DNA of 64,000 bases from Octopus vulgaris. Lineage: Eukaryota. Of this stretch, positions 1 to 11,962 are shown piece after piece. Below the pieces are notes generated by a model that was not told the DNA's origin, ran no database searches, and worked only from the letters and a program-made list of their open reading frames with translations. Made by a program: the position numbers and the translations under genes. Where the stretch lies: assembly GCA_951406725.2 (NCBI GenBank), contig OX597822.1:5084001-5148000 (forward strand). Reading direction: 5' to 3'. Position 1 is the stretch's first letter; the number at the start of each line of letters is the position of its first letter.

Positions 1-189
1 CCTACCCATGGCCAGACGTGTTTTCATGGAGGGTTGCAAACACATGACATGCTTGTGGCACCCATTTTCAGGTATCACATGACGTTGAGTCAAGGAGACA
101 CAAATACATATGCATTCATATACTTCCACTGTGTGTGTGTGTGTGTATATATATGTATGTGTGTGTGTGCATGCATTTGTGTATCTGGA

Positions 190-800
190 CTCCCACCTTT
201 GTCATGAACAGGAATTAATCTTCTCTCTTTCACTCCTTTGCACCACATGGGTTCAACTCCCCTCCCCTCTTCATCTGACTCTCCTCCTCTTCTCTCTTCA
301 TCTAACACCTAACTCTTCGCTTCACTCCTACCCACCTTCTCTCTTCATTGATACCCCCTCCATCCACCTCATCCCCACACAGCTCACTCCAACATACCCC
401 ACCCCATCTTCACATCCCCACACCCACTGTCATCTACACACACACACATACCATCATCAACACACTCACACATTACAGACGCACACATTCACACATCAAA
501 GTCACTAGCCTCTATCCAAACACACGTACTCTCACATACACACATGCATGCGCACCTTTTTGGGATCACCAGTACTTTATTATCTCCTCTTCTTCCTAGT
601 TCTTCTGTCAAACTATTTTTCCCAACCAATCACCATGACTTATCACTAAATCCACAAGGTTTTTTATTCTCTCTCTGTTTATTTCCTCTTATTCCTTTCT
701 GCTGAAGAGCGTAGGCTTGAAACGTAAATATCAAACTAATTCAACAGCTTGTTGCTCATACACCTGTCTTCATCTTTTCTTTTTCTGTAAATTTCAACTA
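190..800 (+). mobile_element. 5'-truncated 3' end of a Penelope-like (Neptune-type) retroelement, same family as 36700-37905
   Basis: Colinear with ~37150-37905 (catgaacaggaattaat...caactcccctcccctcttcatctgactctcct, pyrimidine/(CA)n 3' region, then hammerhead motif). Encodes the last GIY-YIG residues HEQELIF. The 3' end abuts (TA)n. Confidence 0.85.
694..729 (+). ncRNA. Degenerate minimal hammerhead ribozyme motif in PLE 3' end
   Basis: cttt-CTGCTGA-A-GAGC gtag GCTT-GAAA-CG-TA. The 3' strand of helix I is damaged by a deletion relative to the other copies. Confidence 0.45.
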
Positions 801-1032
801 TATATATACGTGTGTGAGTGTGTGTGTATGTATATGAGTGTGTATACATATGTGTGTGTCTGTGTATATATATATGTATATATTGTATATGTGTGTGTGT
901 GTATATGAGGGGTTCACTGGTGATCTAAATGAATAGGTATGCTGAGTAAATGCTACAATTGGTCATCCGTTAGGTTCCAAGTTCACAGCTGAAGCTGGAG
1001 CTAAGGATCTGTATTAGGCTTCTGATTATCAG

Positions 1033-1258
1033 GTATATATTGTATTAGAGGAAAAGGACAACAAACCAAGGCAGGACAAGTATCATTTAGAATATTTAAT
1101 TAAGGTAAGGTGAATTTGAAGTCTTACAGCTGTTTCTAGGATATCTCAAGTGATAGGCTAGCATGTCTGTACATGTACCCTAATTAAATATTCTAAATGA
1201 CTTAAGATATTTGCCCTTCCTTGGTTTGTTGTTCTTTAACCTCTAATATAATATATAC
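1033..1258. mobile_element. Fold-back element with ~75-80 bp imperfect inverted arms, inserted at TA repeats
   Basis: 1033-1107 (gtatatattgtattagagg...acaaaccaagg...tcatttagaatatttaattaaggta) is the reverse complement of 1176-1258. The spacer holds gtcttacagctgtttc, which reads GAAACAGCTGTA on the minus strand. Confidence 0.75.
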
Positions 1259-1301
<43 letters not shown>

Positions 1302-1330
1302 CATATATATATACATATATACATACATAT

Positions 1331-1686
1331 ATATGTAACATGGTATAATTATAAACAGGGCAAATTTTAACCATTTCTCTGCAGATTGAAAAGATAATGA
1401 AGAACTTTAACTGATTTTCCAACCTTATTGGGTTCTCATCAGAAGAGTCTACATTATTCTGACAGTCTCCAGAGAAACAAGCAGCCAAACTGTTTATATA
1501 TTCAATAAATGCAGCAGTTGCTCTATGAAGGAATCCTTAGTTTGCATGCTGAAAGTGTGTAACACTATAATTACCAGCGGACTGTCAATGGAGATCTTAG
1601 TTCAAACAGTAACGAAGTATGGTATAATAAATATGTAACATATGGTATAATTATAAATGGCAAATTTTAGCCATTTCACTGTAGAT
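1331..1686 (-). mobile_element. 300-bp-period element with 56-bp terminal direct repeat and an internal hammerhead (retrozyme-like or non-autonomous PLE)
   Basis: 1331-1386 matches 1631-1686 (atatgtaaca..tggtataattataaa..ggcaaatttta.ccatttc.ctg.agat), offset exactly 300. Both sides are flanked by (TA)/(TG) repeats. Confidence 0.7.
1401..1450 (-). ncRNA. Type I hammerhead ribozyme motif, decayed
   Basis: Minus strand: AGActCTT-CTGATGA-GAACC caataa GGTTG-GAAA-ATCAGT-TA-AAGtTCT. CUGAUGA and GAAA are intact, helix II is AACC/GGUU, helix I is CUU/AAG plus AGA/UCU. Helix III fits a decayed AACCGGTT palindrome. Confidence 0.65.
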
Positions 1687-1732
1687 ATATATGTACGTGT
1701 ATGTGTGTGTATATATACACATATATAATGGA

Positions 1733-1862
1733 TTACTTTCAGTTTTCATCTTCCAGATTCATTCTCAAAGATTTACTCTGCCTGGGGCTATAGTAGAAGA
1801 TGCTTGCCCAAGGTGTCATGCAGTGGGACTGGCCCCAAAGCCACACAGTCATGCCTACACCT
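1733..1862 (-). mobile_element. Decayed tRNA-derived SINE head/CORE (family of 54851-55262)
   Basis: tttcagttttcatcttccagattc...ggctatagtagaagatgcttgcccaaggtgtcatgcagtgggact matches 55105-55200. Confidence 0.75.
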
Positions 1863-4697
1863 GATATTCGCAAACATGGTCTACTTCACAGATGCACTAA
1901 AGTTACTCCAAGTAACATATAACCCATAAAAGTTAAGACATTAAATTTGGGTTCCCCAACACCTCAAGTAGAAGAAAGTGTTTCTTTTTTTTTTGATAAT
2001 TGAACGGATTCAGATATCTTACTTGATGATATATTTCTAAGTTCAACAAAATAAAACGGAAGGGTTAAAACTGGTGAGAATGAAATCCATAAAATGAAAT
2101 AATAAACCAAAAGGAAGTTTCTCCATTTACTGTTTCACTTGTTGGATGCAACAGTGATAAAGTACATTTCTCAATTTGTATCAGTGGACTTCATTTGCAT
2201 TTCCCAATCGTATTGTTGGCAGACAATAAAGCAGCAGTTGCAATCACATGCAAATATTAAAATTCACAGAACCACGTTAGGAATAGGAGAACTACGTTTC
2301 AAAAAATAAAAATCGAAAAAAGCTGATGAAAATGAAAACCTTCTCATAATGGTGCCAGTGGCCACTTCTTGAAGAATCTTTTTTTATTTTTCTCCATTTT
2401 TAGCCAGCATGAAGAGGACATAGAACATTTTGTGAATCTGGGAGAATCTGTCCTTTTTCTAGTCACTGACTATGGCTTGAAACAGCAAAACAATGCTCAC
2501 ACAAAATGCTTATATTTATTCATGAAACTAATAACTAATGTTTATGTCACCTGACTGAATATTTTAGTGGGAAGCAATATCAGAAATATAGTTGTTTTTC
2601 CCCACCACCCTAGCATAAATGTTTCCCTTTTCAAAACAAATCTCTTTTCGCAAGCCTAGCAGCAAATATTCCATGCAGCTATTTTATTGTTAGCACCAGT
2701 TTGCAGTGAAACAGCCTTCTATTCTATATTTTTTCTTTTTAATCATTGTCATTAAGTCTAATATCAACGGCAATGACAACAATAACAACTGCATTCAGCC
2801 TTCAAAATGTTCTCACCTGAGAGAGGATATGATATATTAAGATTAAAAAAACAAAAACCTAAAAAAAAACACAACTACTTTTAAATATTCATTGCTGCAA
2901 GCAGCCAGAACTTTCATCCTTTCTAACTTCTACCTCTGTAGAAAAACTAGGTAATGACAAACACACACACAAAAAAATTTAGAAAAAAAACAATCCCAAT
3001 AAAATCAGATGTAATAAACAAGTAAAAGAGTAACATAGCAGTAATGTGAATAACAGACGTATTAGGTGAGTAACGAGCTTCACATAACGAAGAAATACAC
3101 AAAACTTACATTTAACATTTTATATATCTTTGTATAATTTTATATTTTACAATTTCAGAATTTGAGGAACATGATAGCTACCATTTCTATAATTGTTTTG
3201 CCTTTTGTTAGAAATTTATTTCTTAGAAATAAATAAGTATGCAAAGATTCAGTTGCATTGAGTTTTCTTTTAATTTTAGTTTATATTTATAGATTTTTTT
3301 TTTTTATATTGAACATATTTGATTTCAGAACAACTTGGCAGAAAATTCTTCACCCAAACTACAGAACACTTCAGCTGTCATTAGAAACAACAAGCAACAA
3401 AATTTAAAAAAAAAAAAATATATATATACATATATAAAAGACAAATATGAATAAAATTATAAATATATAAATAAAATAGTCACAAACAACTCTGTAAAGG
3501 TGAGAATGGGATGGACACAACACCTGCAACTGCACACCCACACCCATGCATGCCCTCACACACATACACACACACACAGAATTGTGTTTTATATTCCAAA
3601 AAACTAGTCAACCACATCTTGTGAACATGTCAAGTCCATTATGGATGTTAAAGAGGAGAAGGAATTTATTATTCTCAATACTATAAAATTTCTTATCTAC
3701 TCTTGGTCAGAGAAGTATTAATTTTTGTTTTATATTTTACTTCATTTCGTTTGCTATTGCTAATGGAGCAGATTTTAATGTTCACATTGCAGCAAAGCTA
3801 TGTGGAGTTATTATTCGCAGCCATTTTTTTATGTTCTCCATATTTCTTTCTATAGGTCAACTCACCTTAGCTATAATAAACTGCAGCTAAATGTTTTATC
3901 ATACGTTTTTATATGTACAGTACCAGATTTCTTAGTTTCAATACATATATAGATTCATTCTGCATATTTCCAAGACAAAGAAAAAAAAGAAAAAAAAAAC
4001 AACAAAAATTCCATGTATGCACATACATCCAAAAATTTGTAAGGGCATAAAAACATTCACAACCATATGGTATTTAGGTATACAAAGCAACTGTTGCTTT
4101 CTGCACACATACATACATACATACATATGCGCACATATATGGACATATGTGTGTAAATACAAGTATGTTTATGTGTGTACATATCAATTCTATAAGCAGA
4201 ATATATACTTGTGTACAGATTTTCAATTCTTACATAAAGGCTATGAATTCTTATGCAACTCTTCACACCATACGTACAAATAGACAAATGTACATGCACA
4301 CAAACCCCAGCCACAGCATATATACACACACTCATACATACCTAGACACATATGCTAACAAACAGAAATTTCGAGAGATAAGCCTCTTTATATACTTTAA
4401 AAGTTTAACTCCAAAAATAAAATGAAATAATATCGACTGCCAAAAAACAGGGAAAAAAAAAACTTAAAGAGATGAAAAATCACTGTAAGTTGAAGATGGC
4501 ATTGCCTGAAAATTTGGAACAATATTCAAAGTGATCACTAGCATTAATTTCCTATTGTCTTATCAGTGTTTGAAGATAACTAGTTCATCACATAAATGCT
4601 GCGATATCTTAGCAGGAGGTTTCATACATTAGTTTCTTCATTTTTTTTCCGTTTATATTTTCAACAGATAAAAAAATTCAAATCAAATGAAATCATA

Positions 4698-4865
4698 CAG
4701 GTGCAGATGTGACTGTGTGGTAAGAAGTTTGCTTCCCAGTCACACGATTCTGGGTTCAATTTTCCTTTGTTTGGCACCTTCGGAAAGTGTCCTCTACAGT
4801 AGCCAAAGGCTGACCAAAGTCTTGTGAGTGGATTTGGTAGATGGAAACTGAAAAAAGCCTGTTGA
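4698..4865 (+). mobile_element. tRNA-derived SINE head/CORE (family of 54851-55262)
   Basis: aggtgcagatgtgactgtgtggtaagaagtttgct...gggttcaat (A/B boxes)...gtgagtggatttggtagatggaaactgaaa, the reverse complement of 55100-55262. Confidence 0.8.
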
Positions 4866-4988
4866 TTGTGTGTGTATGTCATCATTTAACAGGCATTAAA
4901 TGATGACAATGACATGTATGTATTTATGTGTGTGTATGTATGTGTGTGTATATATGTGTGTATGTACGTACATATGTGAGTATGTATG

Positions 4989-5019
<31 letters not shown>

Positions 5020-5409
5020 GAGGGTGGGTTGAGAAGTTTATAGGCTGAATATGATGCAGTGATACTGAATGGGAGTATAGTACAGAGGGAAGCAGCTTTA
5101 AGCTATAGGATGAAGAGTTTAAGTGTGAAAGAATGAGCCCAGAACAAGTTTCTTGCAGTATAATAAATGTATGGCTGTCTTGCATTATACAAGAGAGCAA
5201 TTGTGGTGGAATGGTAAAGAGATGAAGTTGGTGGTTATTAGATGTCAGGATGGATCCCGGGGACAAAAAAAGAAGAACAGGTTAGTTGGGTAGGTGTATA
5301 GGAAGAGCACAGGATGATTAAAGATAAAGTGGAAGTGTGGGATGCAAATATAATAAATGGTAAACAAGGATTGAAGAGTGATCGATCTATAATGCCTTGG
5401 GCTGTTGGA

Positions 5410-5600
5410 GGTCATTTTGAAATATATTGTTTTGAATTAATCATGCATTATCTTGAAGCAATAAAATTTCAATGCTGTGATTCTTTATTTTTTAAAATGA
5501 CATTGTAGATTGGATGTGAGAGGCCAGATCTGGTAAGTCTGAACATAGAACAGGTAGAATATTTGGGCCAGATATAGCTGACTGAAATACCAAAGAGAAA
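5410..5600 (-). mobile_element. Partial copy of piggyBac-like MITE (family of 39477-39692)
   Basis: ttttgaattaatcatgcattatcttg...gtgagaggccagatctgg...gtagaatatttgggccagata is the reverse complement of 39500-39650. Confidence 0.65.
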
Positions 5601-5779
5601 AAGTTCATAATGGAGATGATGCATCATTATGTCTGGTAAAGCTTTACAGGTAGCAGGAGATGCTTTTTCTTACACCAGCCAGCAGCTTACCAAGGCATGA
5701 GGTAAGAGTCTGAGTAATGTACAATGATTGATAACACTTTATGCCAAATTGTAGTTGCTTCCACATTATCTCAACAGTG

Positions 5780-6110
5780 AGGACGCATGGCTTAGTGGTT
5801 AGGGCATTCGGCTCATGATCGTAAGGTTGTGAGTTCGATTCCCGGCGACGCGTTGTGTCCTTGAGCAAGACACTTTATTTCACGTTGCTCCAGTCCACTC
5901 AGCTGGCAAAAATGAGTTGTACTTGTATTTCAAAGGGTCAGCCTTGTCACTCTCTGTGTCACGCTGATTATCTCCGAGAACTACGTTAAGGGTACACGTG
6001 TCTGTGGAATGCTCAGCCATTTGCACGTTAATTTCACGAGCAAGCTGTTCCGTTGATCGTATCAGCTGTGACCCTCGTCGTCGTAACCGGCGGAGTCTTT
6101 AAAGTCTTTA
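5780..6110 (+). mobile_element. Full-length tRNA-derived CORE-type SINE with 12-bp TSD
   Basis: A box tggcttagtgg, B box gagttcgattcc, CORE-like gtgtccttgagcaagacacttta. TSD atctcaacagtg at 5768-5779 and 6111-6122. Confidence 0.92.
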
Positions 6111-7010
6111 ATCTCAACAGTGTAAAATGAAATGGGAAAGACAAGGAGAAATGTGCACAAAGTCCCTGACTGGACTCAAACTAGGGATCTTTAAGTCACT
6201 TATTACCCTTTTGTTTAGATAAGAAGGTTCTTATTAAAAATCTAATCTGGAATTATGAACTAGCTCAAGAACTTGAGAATCAGGGATATTACTGAAAGCA
6301 GTGTAAAACTGATATAAATACTTAAATAAACAGCCAAAAGTAGGGGATAACAAATGTCAATCTAAATTGTCTAAAAATTCAGAATCTTACTGATAAGAAT
6401 TTGTCTGGGGTGCTTAGATATTTAAGAAATTGTGATATACATGCATTTCTGAAAGACATTAGCTATGAAACTCCAATAAAATGTTTTGAAAAAAGCTTGT
6501 GAGCCACATTCTTGGAGAACTTCTCTTTACTTTTCAGAATTCAATTGTTAGCAACAGCAATAACAACAAAAATAACTTCATCTTTGACAGAAAAGGTTAT
6601 CATTTTTCATTCCATAATGAATTGTTTTCCAATCAGAATATAATTTATCATCATTAGTTATTTTGTGTCAATTTTTTTCCCCCTCGTTTTGCCAAGATTT
6701 TGATAGGTATACATAGATAAACATATCAAAATAGTGATTCATTTTTGAATAGGCATGGAGCCAAGTTTTATAGAGGCAGGCTAAAGTTAATTGAAAAGAA
6801 ACCAGCATATAACTAGCAATTATACTGTATGGCAGTAAAGCAAGATGAAAAGTAAAATCAACAATGTCAACGTGGCAACATTTGAACTAAAAACAATGAA
6901 GTAAGTTCTAAAGTAAATTTAGTCTTGTATTGAAACTAGCATTGTGCTACCTCAGCATTGTTAACACATTCTGACATTTAAAAAAAAAATCTTAATATTT
7001 ATTACAAGTA

Positions 7011-7421
7011 AAGGCAGCAAGCTTTACTTAGCAGCATTTCATCCATCTTTACGTTCTGAGTTCGAATTCTGTTGAGATCGACTTTGTCTTTCATCCTTTC
7101 AAGGTCAATAAAATAGGTACCTGTTGAACACTGGGTTTGGCATAAAAGGCCTTACCCCGTCCCTTGAAACTGCTGGTTTTGTGCCAAAATTTGAAATCAA
7201 TATTCATAACAAGTAAGGTGGTGAGTAGGCAGAATCATTACGAAGCCCAGTCTAATGCTTAGCAGCATTACATCTGTCTTTATGTTCTGGAGTTCAAATT
7301 CCACTGAGGCTGACTTTGCCTTTCATCCTTTTGGGGTTAATAAAATAAGTTAATATGGGATTGATGTAATCAAATAAGCCCCCCTCTCAAAATTGCTGGC
7401 CTTGAGCCAAAAATTGAGATC
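7011..7421 (+). mobile_element. Two tandem SINEs with MetaSINE-like central domain (7011-7198, 7215-7421)
   Basis: Each has a B box (gagttcgaattc / gagttcaaattcc) and the domain gactttgYctttcatccttt..ggtYaataaaata.gt. A 16-bp repeat separates and flanks them. Confidence 0.8.
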
Positions 7422-7883
7422 AATATTTATAACAAGTTACAGAGTTTAGGAATTAACATGTTTTGCAAATGATATTTAATCCCACCAACTACAACTGTTC
7501 ATGGGATCCATATTCAATTATATCCAATAGAATTGTACTATTTTCAAGGAACAGTGGAACTTGTGAAACTGCATACAGCTTTACATACACACATCATATG
7601 TATAGCCAAAAATACTGTAAATAAGTCTAACAACAGAATCTTTGTCATTGCAGTCAAGATCAAAAACTGCTGTCTAATGAATTTGTATTCAAAGCTATAC
7701 TGTGATAAATCCTTTTAAAATTGATGCCTGTTGCTCTAAGTGAAATAGAACTGATCCATTAAAAAACACACACTTACATACACACAAACATGGTTATATA
7801 CATTTATATAAACTTACACAAATACATATATATATCCGTACATTATGTATATATGCATATATATATATATACACACATACAAA

Positions 7884-8215
7884 TACACACACACATATAT
7901 ATACATATACACATAGACATGTGTGTGTATACATACACACACATTCACACATATGCCTATACAAACACACACACACACATAGATATACATATACACATAG
8001 ACATGTGTGTATACATACACACACATTCACACATATGCCTATACAAACACACACACACACATAGATATACATATACACATAGACATATGTGTGTATACAT
8101 ACACACACATTCACACATATGCCTATATAAACACACACACACATAGATATACATATACACATAGACATATGTGTGTATACATACACACACATTCACACAT
8201 ATGCCTATACAAACA
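7884..8215. repeat. ~80-bp minisatellite (about 4 units) built from CA/TA microsatellite
   Basis: The unit catagatatacatatacacatagacatRtgtgtgtatacatacacacacattcacacatatgcctatacaa(ac)n recurs about four times. Confidence 0.85.
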
Positions 8216-9330
8216 CTCAACAACTCTTATATTAATGATGCACACACACACATTCACACATACTTACATACACACTCAACAACACTGCTTATATTAGTGA
8301 CACACACTAATATATAACTGTCATATAGAGAGATTCTGCCAGAACATGCATTGAACATGCATATTTAAAACTGGTGACATTACATACATATCTGATCTGA
8401 AAGCACAGTATTTTCCTCATGAAAATGAAGATTAATGTAATCTCCCCACCCCCACATTTTTTTTTGGTTCTGATATATATATATTTATATGTATAAAAGT
8501 TATTTTAAGAATCATCACATTCACATACATTTACAAAGCAAATATTAAAAAAATGACATTTGTTAAAGATGCTTATTAATACTATTCAATTCATTTCAGA
8601 TTTGTATTTACAATTTTCTTAACCTGCACTATAAGAATTCCATGCCATTTGTCTTAATTTCAAATGCCTCCACATATTTTCTGTGGTTCTTTATCTATAT
8701 TATTTTAAGAACCACTTCCAATAACAGAACCACAACACCAGTTTAATATCTGTTCCAATTTGTGATTATTGTGCAAAAATGTAACCTTTTCTTTACATTA
8801 CCATATTCACACACATCCTCCCCTAAGGTCACATGCTCTAAATACACACAGATAAATTTTAAAGCATTTGTCATGTGACCTCTTTTGAAAATTCATATAA
8901 TATTTGCATCAAAATATTCTTCTGTTAAATTCTGTTAGGTCTGTCAAGCCAAGTGAGATAGTAATCATGGCCAATGCTGGTATCCAACCTATGCCAGCAT
9001 GGAAAACGGACATTAAATTATTATTATTATTATTATTATTATTCCATTTCATTCCTATCAGAATTGAAGATTTTATTTTTTGTGAGGTAAAAATAAGACA
9101 TTGTTTATTCAACAAGTGTCAATGGGGTCCATTTTCAATAGCCGTCAGATTTTTAAAGTATAAATGATGCACAAGGAAACCCCCAAAGTCACTGCAAATA
9201 GAGGGTCTCATTATCCCATGATAGCTTTACATACATAATATTACCAAAAATAATCATAGAACTAGGTTCCTCTTTGCAGTCAGAAACAAATACAATTTTG
9301 ATAGTTGCTGAATACAAAGTTCAGATAAAA

Positions 9331-9672
9331 ACATGTTTAATGGGGAGCTGAGTGATATAAACATGTATTTAATGGGTTGATTAAGTGATAGGAACACATG
9401 TTTAATGGGATGAAAAGAGTGGTATGAATTCATTTAATGGTCTACAAAGTGAAACCGGTATGTATTTAATGGGTTGAGAAGTGGTACAATTACATGTTGA
9501 ATGGTCTGCAAAGTTATATAAACATATATTTAATGGGCTGAGAAGTGATATGACCATACTTTTAAAAGGCTGTGATGTGGTATATATATACACTTAATGA
9601 GTTAGAGTGCTATGATCATATATTTAATAGCTGCAAAGTGATACCATCACAGGTTTAATGAGCTGAGAAGTC
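9331..9672. repeat. Diverged ~32-bp minisatellite, ~11 units, with TTTAATGG core
   Basis: Units start tttaatgg/ttgaatgg/cttaatga at ~30-33 bp spacing, e.g. tttaatgggctgagaagtgatatgaccatact. Confidence 0.85.
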
Positions 9673-10624
9673 AGTCCTTAACCCATCTAACCAATGCACT
9701 CACCTCTCCCAAAATTTAATATAATTCACTACATGCTACAAAGAGTATTAAAATTGTCACTAATTTAAAGTTTGGATGTTTTAATAACGATGTTAAATTA
9801 CTATGTTTAGAAAGTACAAACTACATTCAGATATAATGATTTATTTACTTATTTAATTAATTAGTTATTTATTAATTTATCTTTTGCACTTAAATGAAAA
9901 TATCTGTGATACAATAACTGCAGGCTTGTTCTCTTGCAAGAGTTCTAAACAAAAGCAACACCTTTCAAATAGAAACAGTGAAGATGCGAGGGCGAGTTTG
10001 ATTTTTTTTTTAAAAAAAAAACAAGAAAAAAAGAAAAGATAAAAGAAGAAAAAAGTGACAAGAGAGAAGGAAGAGGAAAAATAATAATAATAGGACAACA
10101 ATAAATATAAACATGAAGAAGCAAACTTGTTTTTTTTTAAAGTGAATCATAGAAAATGGAGAAGTTAATTTTATTATGAGTGTGGGTGTATTTGAGTGGG
10201 TTAGAACAGGTGTGTGTGTGTGTGTATGTGCATGTACAAATGTGTGTACATGTTCTTTTGCTTATGGATATTTAATTACAGGATGTAACAGAATAGTTTA
10301 CTCTAAAATTAATGGTTTCCTTAAACTGACTCAAAACTGTAAATTAATAAATTATGAACCCACATACATGAATGGTTCTTAGTTCAATGACATCCAGATT
10401 AGAAAAATAAAAAAGTAAAATCTTAACCTGACTTGAACTCTATATACACTTGACAGCAAAAATAAAATGCCAACACAGGAAAAATAAAGGCAAAATTGGA
10501 GGACAGCAGGATTTGAACTTGGAATGTAATAAGCCAGAAGAAATACTGCAAGGGCTTTTTTTTTTCAATGCTCTAATGATTCTCATCTCATCTCAACTCA
10601 TCTTTTTTGCCTATTTATTCTTGA

Positions 10625-10857
10625 GAGGCTCATGGGGACAAAATCCTTAAGCACAACTTTCACATGGTTTTGTTAGAAGAAACCACCTCCAATTGACTCA
10701 GCTAAATCCCCAAGCAAGACCAGCTGAGTGCATGAATGTTTATCCAACCATCTTGTTTGTGCTCTATTTCTGGGTCTTCTGCTGGTTGGTTTTTGCCTGT
10801 AAAACCTGTCTAGTAATTCTTTCCTGAGACATTCTTACATGTCTTTACTATTGTAGC
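10625..10857 (-). pseudogene. RTE-clade LINE 3' coding remnant
   Basis: Minus strand reads LQ**RHVRMSQERITRQVLQAK...RRPRNRAQTRWLD, resembling the RTE C-terminus LRW.GHV.RM...R.P...RPRGRP.TRW.D. Confidence 0.7.
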
Positions 10858-10864
10858 AAGTAGC

Positions 10865-11271
10865 AGGGCTATTTGATTACACTCATTCTAGTGTTCAACT
10901 GGTCCTTATTTCATCAACCCTGAAAGAATGAAAAGCAAAATTGACCTTGGTGGAATTTTGTACTCAGAACACAAAGACAGATAAAATGCCACTAAGCATT
11001 TTGTCTGTCCTGCTAACAATTCTGCTCGTTCACTGCATTATTCTGTCAAATAAATATGGGTTTCAAATTTTCAGCATAGGGTCAGCAGTTTTCACAGGGA
11101 GGTGAAAGTAGATTACACTGATCCCCTGTACATGACTGGTACTTATTCCATTGACCTTGAAAGGATGAAAGACAAAATTGACCTTGGTGGAATTTGAATT
11201 CATAATGTAAAACCAAAAGTGCCACTGAGCATTTTGTCTGTCATGCTAACAATTCTACCAGCTCAACACCC
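10865..11271 (-). mobile_element. Two tandem MetaSINE-like SINEs (10865-11038, 11060-11271)
   Basis: Both contain tgaaaRRatgaaa.Rcaaaattgaccttggtggaattt. tattcYgtcaaata at 11039-11052 and 11272-11285 forms the TSD of the second copy. Confidence 0.75.
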
Positions 11272-11699
11272 TATTCCGTCAAATACTAATATAAATATAA
11301 TAAACGAAAAGAAAATAACTAATATAAAAAAATATAATAACAGGAGAGCATCCCTGAATGACTTTGAGATTGAATATAATATTATCTAGACATTTTGGTA
11401 ACTCATAGCTGACAGTGAACTACTATTAATCTAATTGTGTAAACAGTGAAGAAAAGTGTTACACCATCAGCACACTAGTGTTGAACCAATATGTACTAAC
11501 ACAGAGTTCACACATGCATAGACATGTAGAGAGATACACTGATAGACATACAGACATGTACAGTGGCAATATCAGATGTGGGTGAAATATAATAGAGAGA
11601 AAGAGAGGACAAAAAGATATGAAAGGAAGAGAAAAATGTGCGGTGTAAAAAAAATGATAAATACTATATATAAAATGGTGTATATAACAAAAAAGATAT

Positions 11700-11930
11700 G
11701 TATTTGTATTCACATGCACAAAAACATACACGCACACATATATGCATACATAGATAAAAACATATACATAAACACACACACACACACACACGCACATGTA
11801 TATACACATATACCTATATACATATATATACCTATAAACATGCATACACCTATAAGCATGCAAACATATACCTATAAGCATGTATACATATACCTATACA
11901 TATATGCATACATTATATATATATATACAT

Positions 11931-11962
<32 letters not shown>

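Noticed and set aside
5021-5048. Mariner TIR-like fragment agggtgggttgagaagtttataggctga
   Set aside because: No partner TIR or transposase sequence lies nearby.
5781-5852. tRNA-like sequences here and at ~29205-29277, ~48165-48235 and ~48997-49070
   Set aside because: They are SINE heads: continuous with repeat bodies, mostly bounded by TSDs, and lacking a proper acceptor stem.
9331-9672. CRISPR-like or LRR-coding (FNGL) reading of the 32-bp array
   Set aside because: There are no unique spacers, the whole unit is homologous, the period is not a multiple of 3, and the context is eukaryotic with no cas genes.
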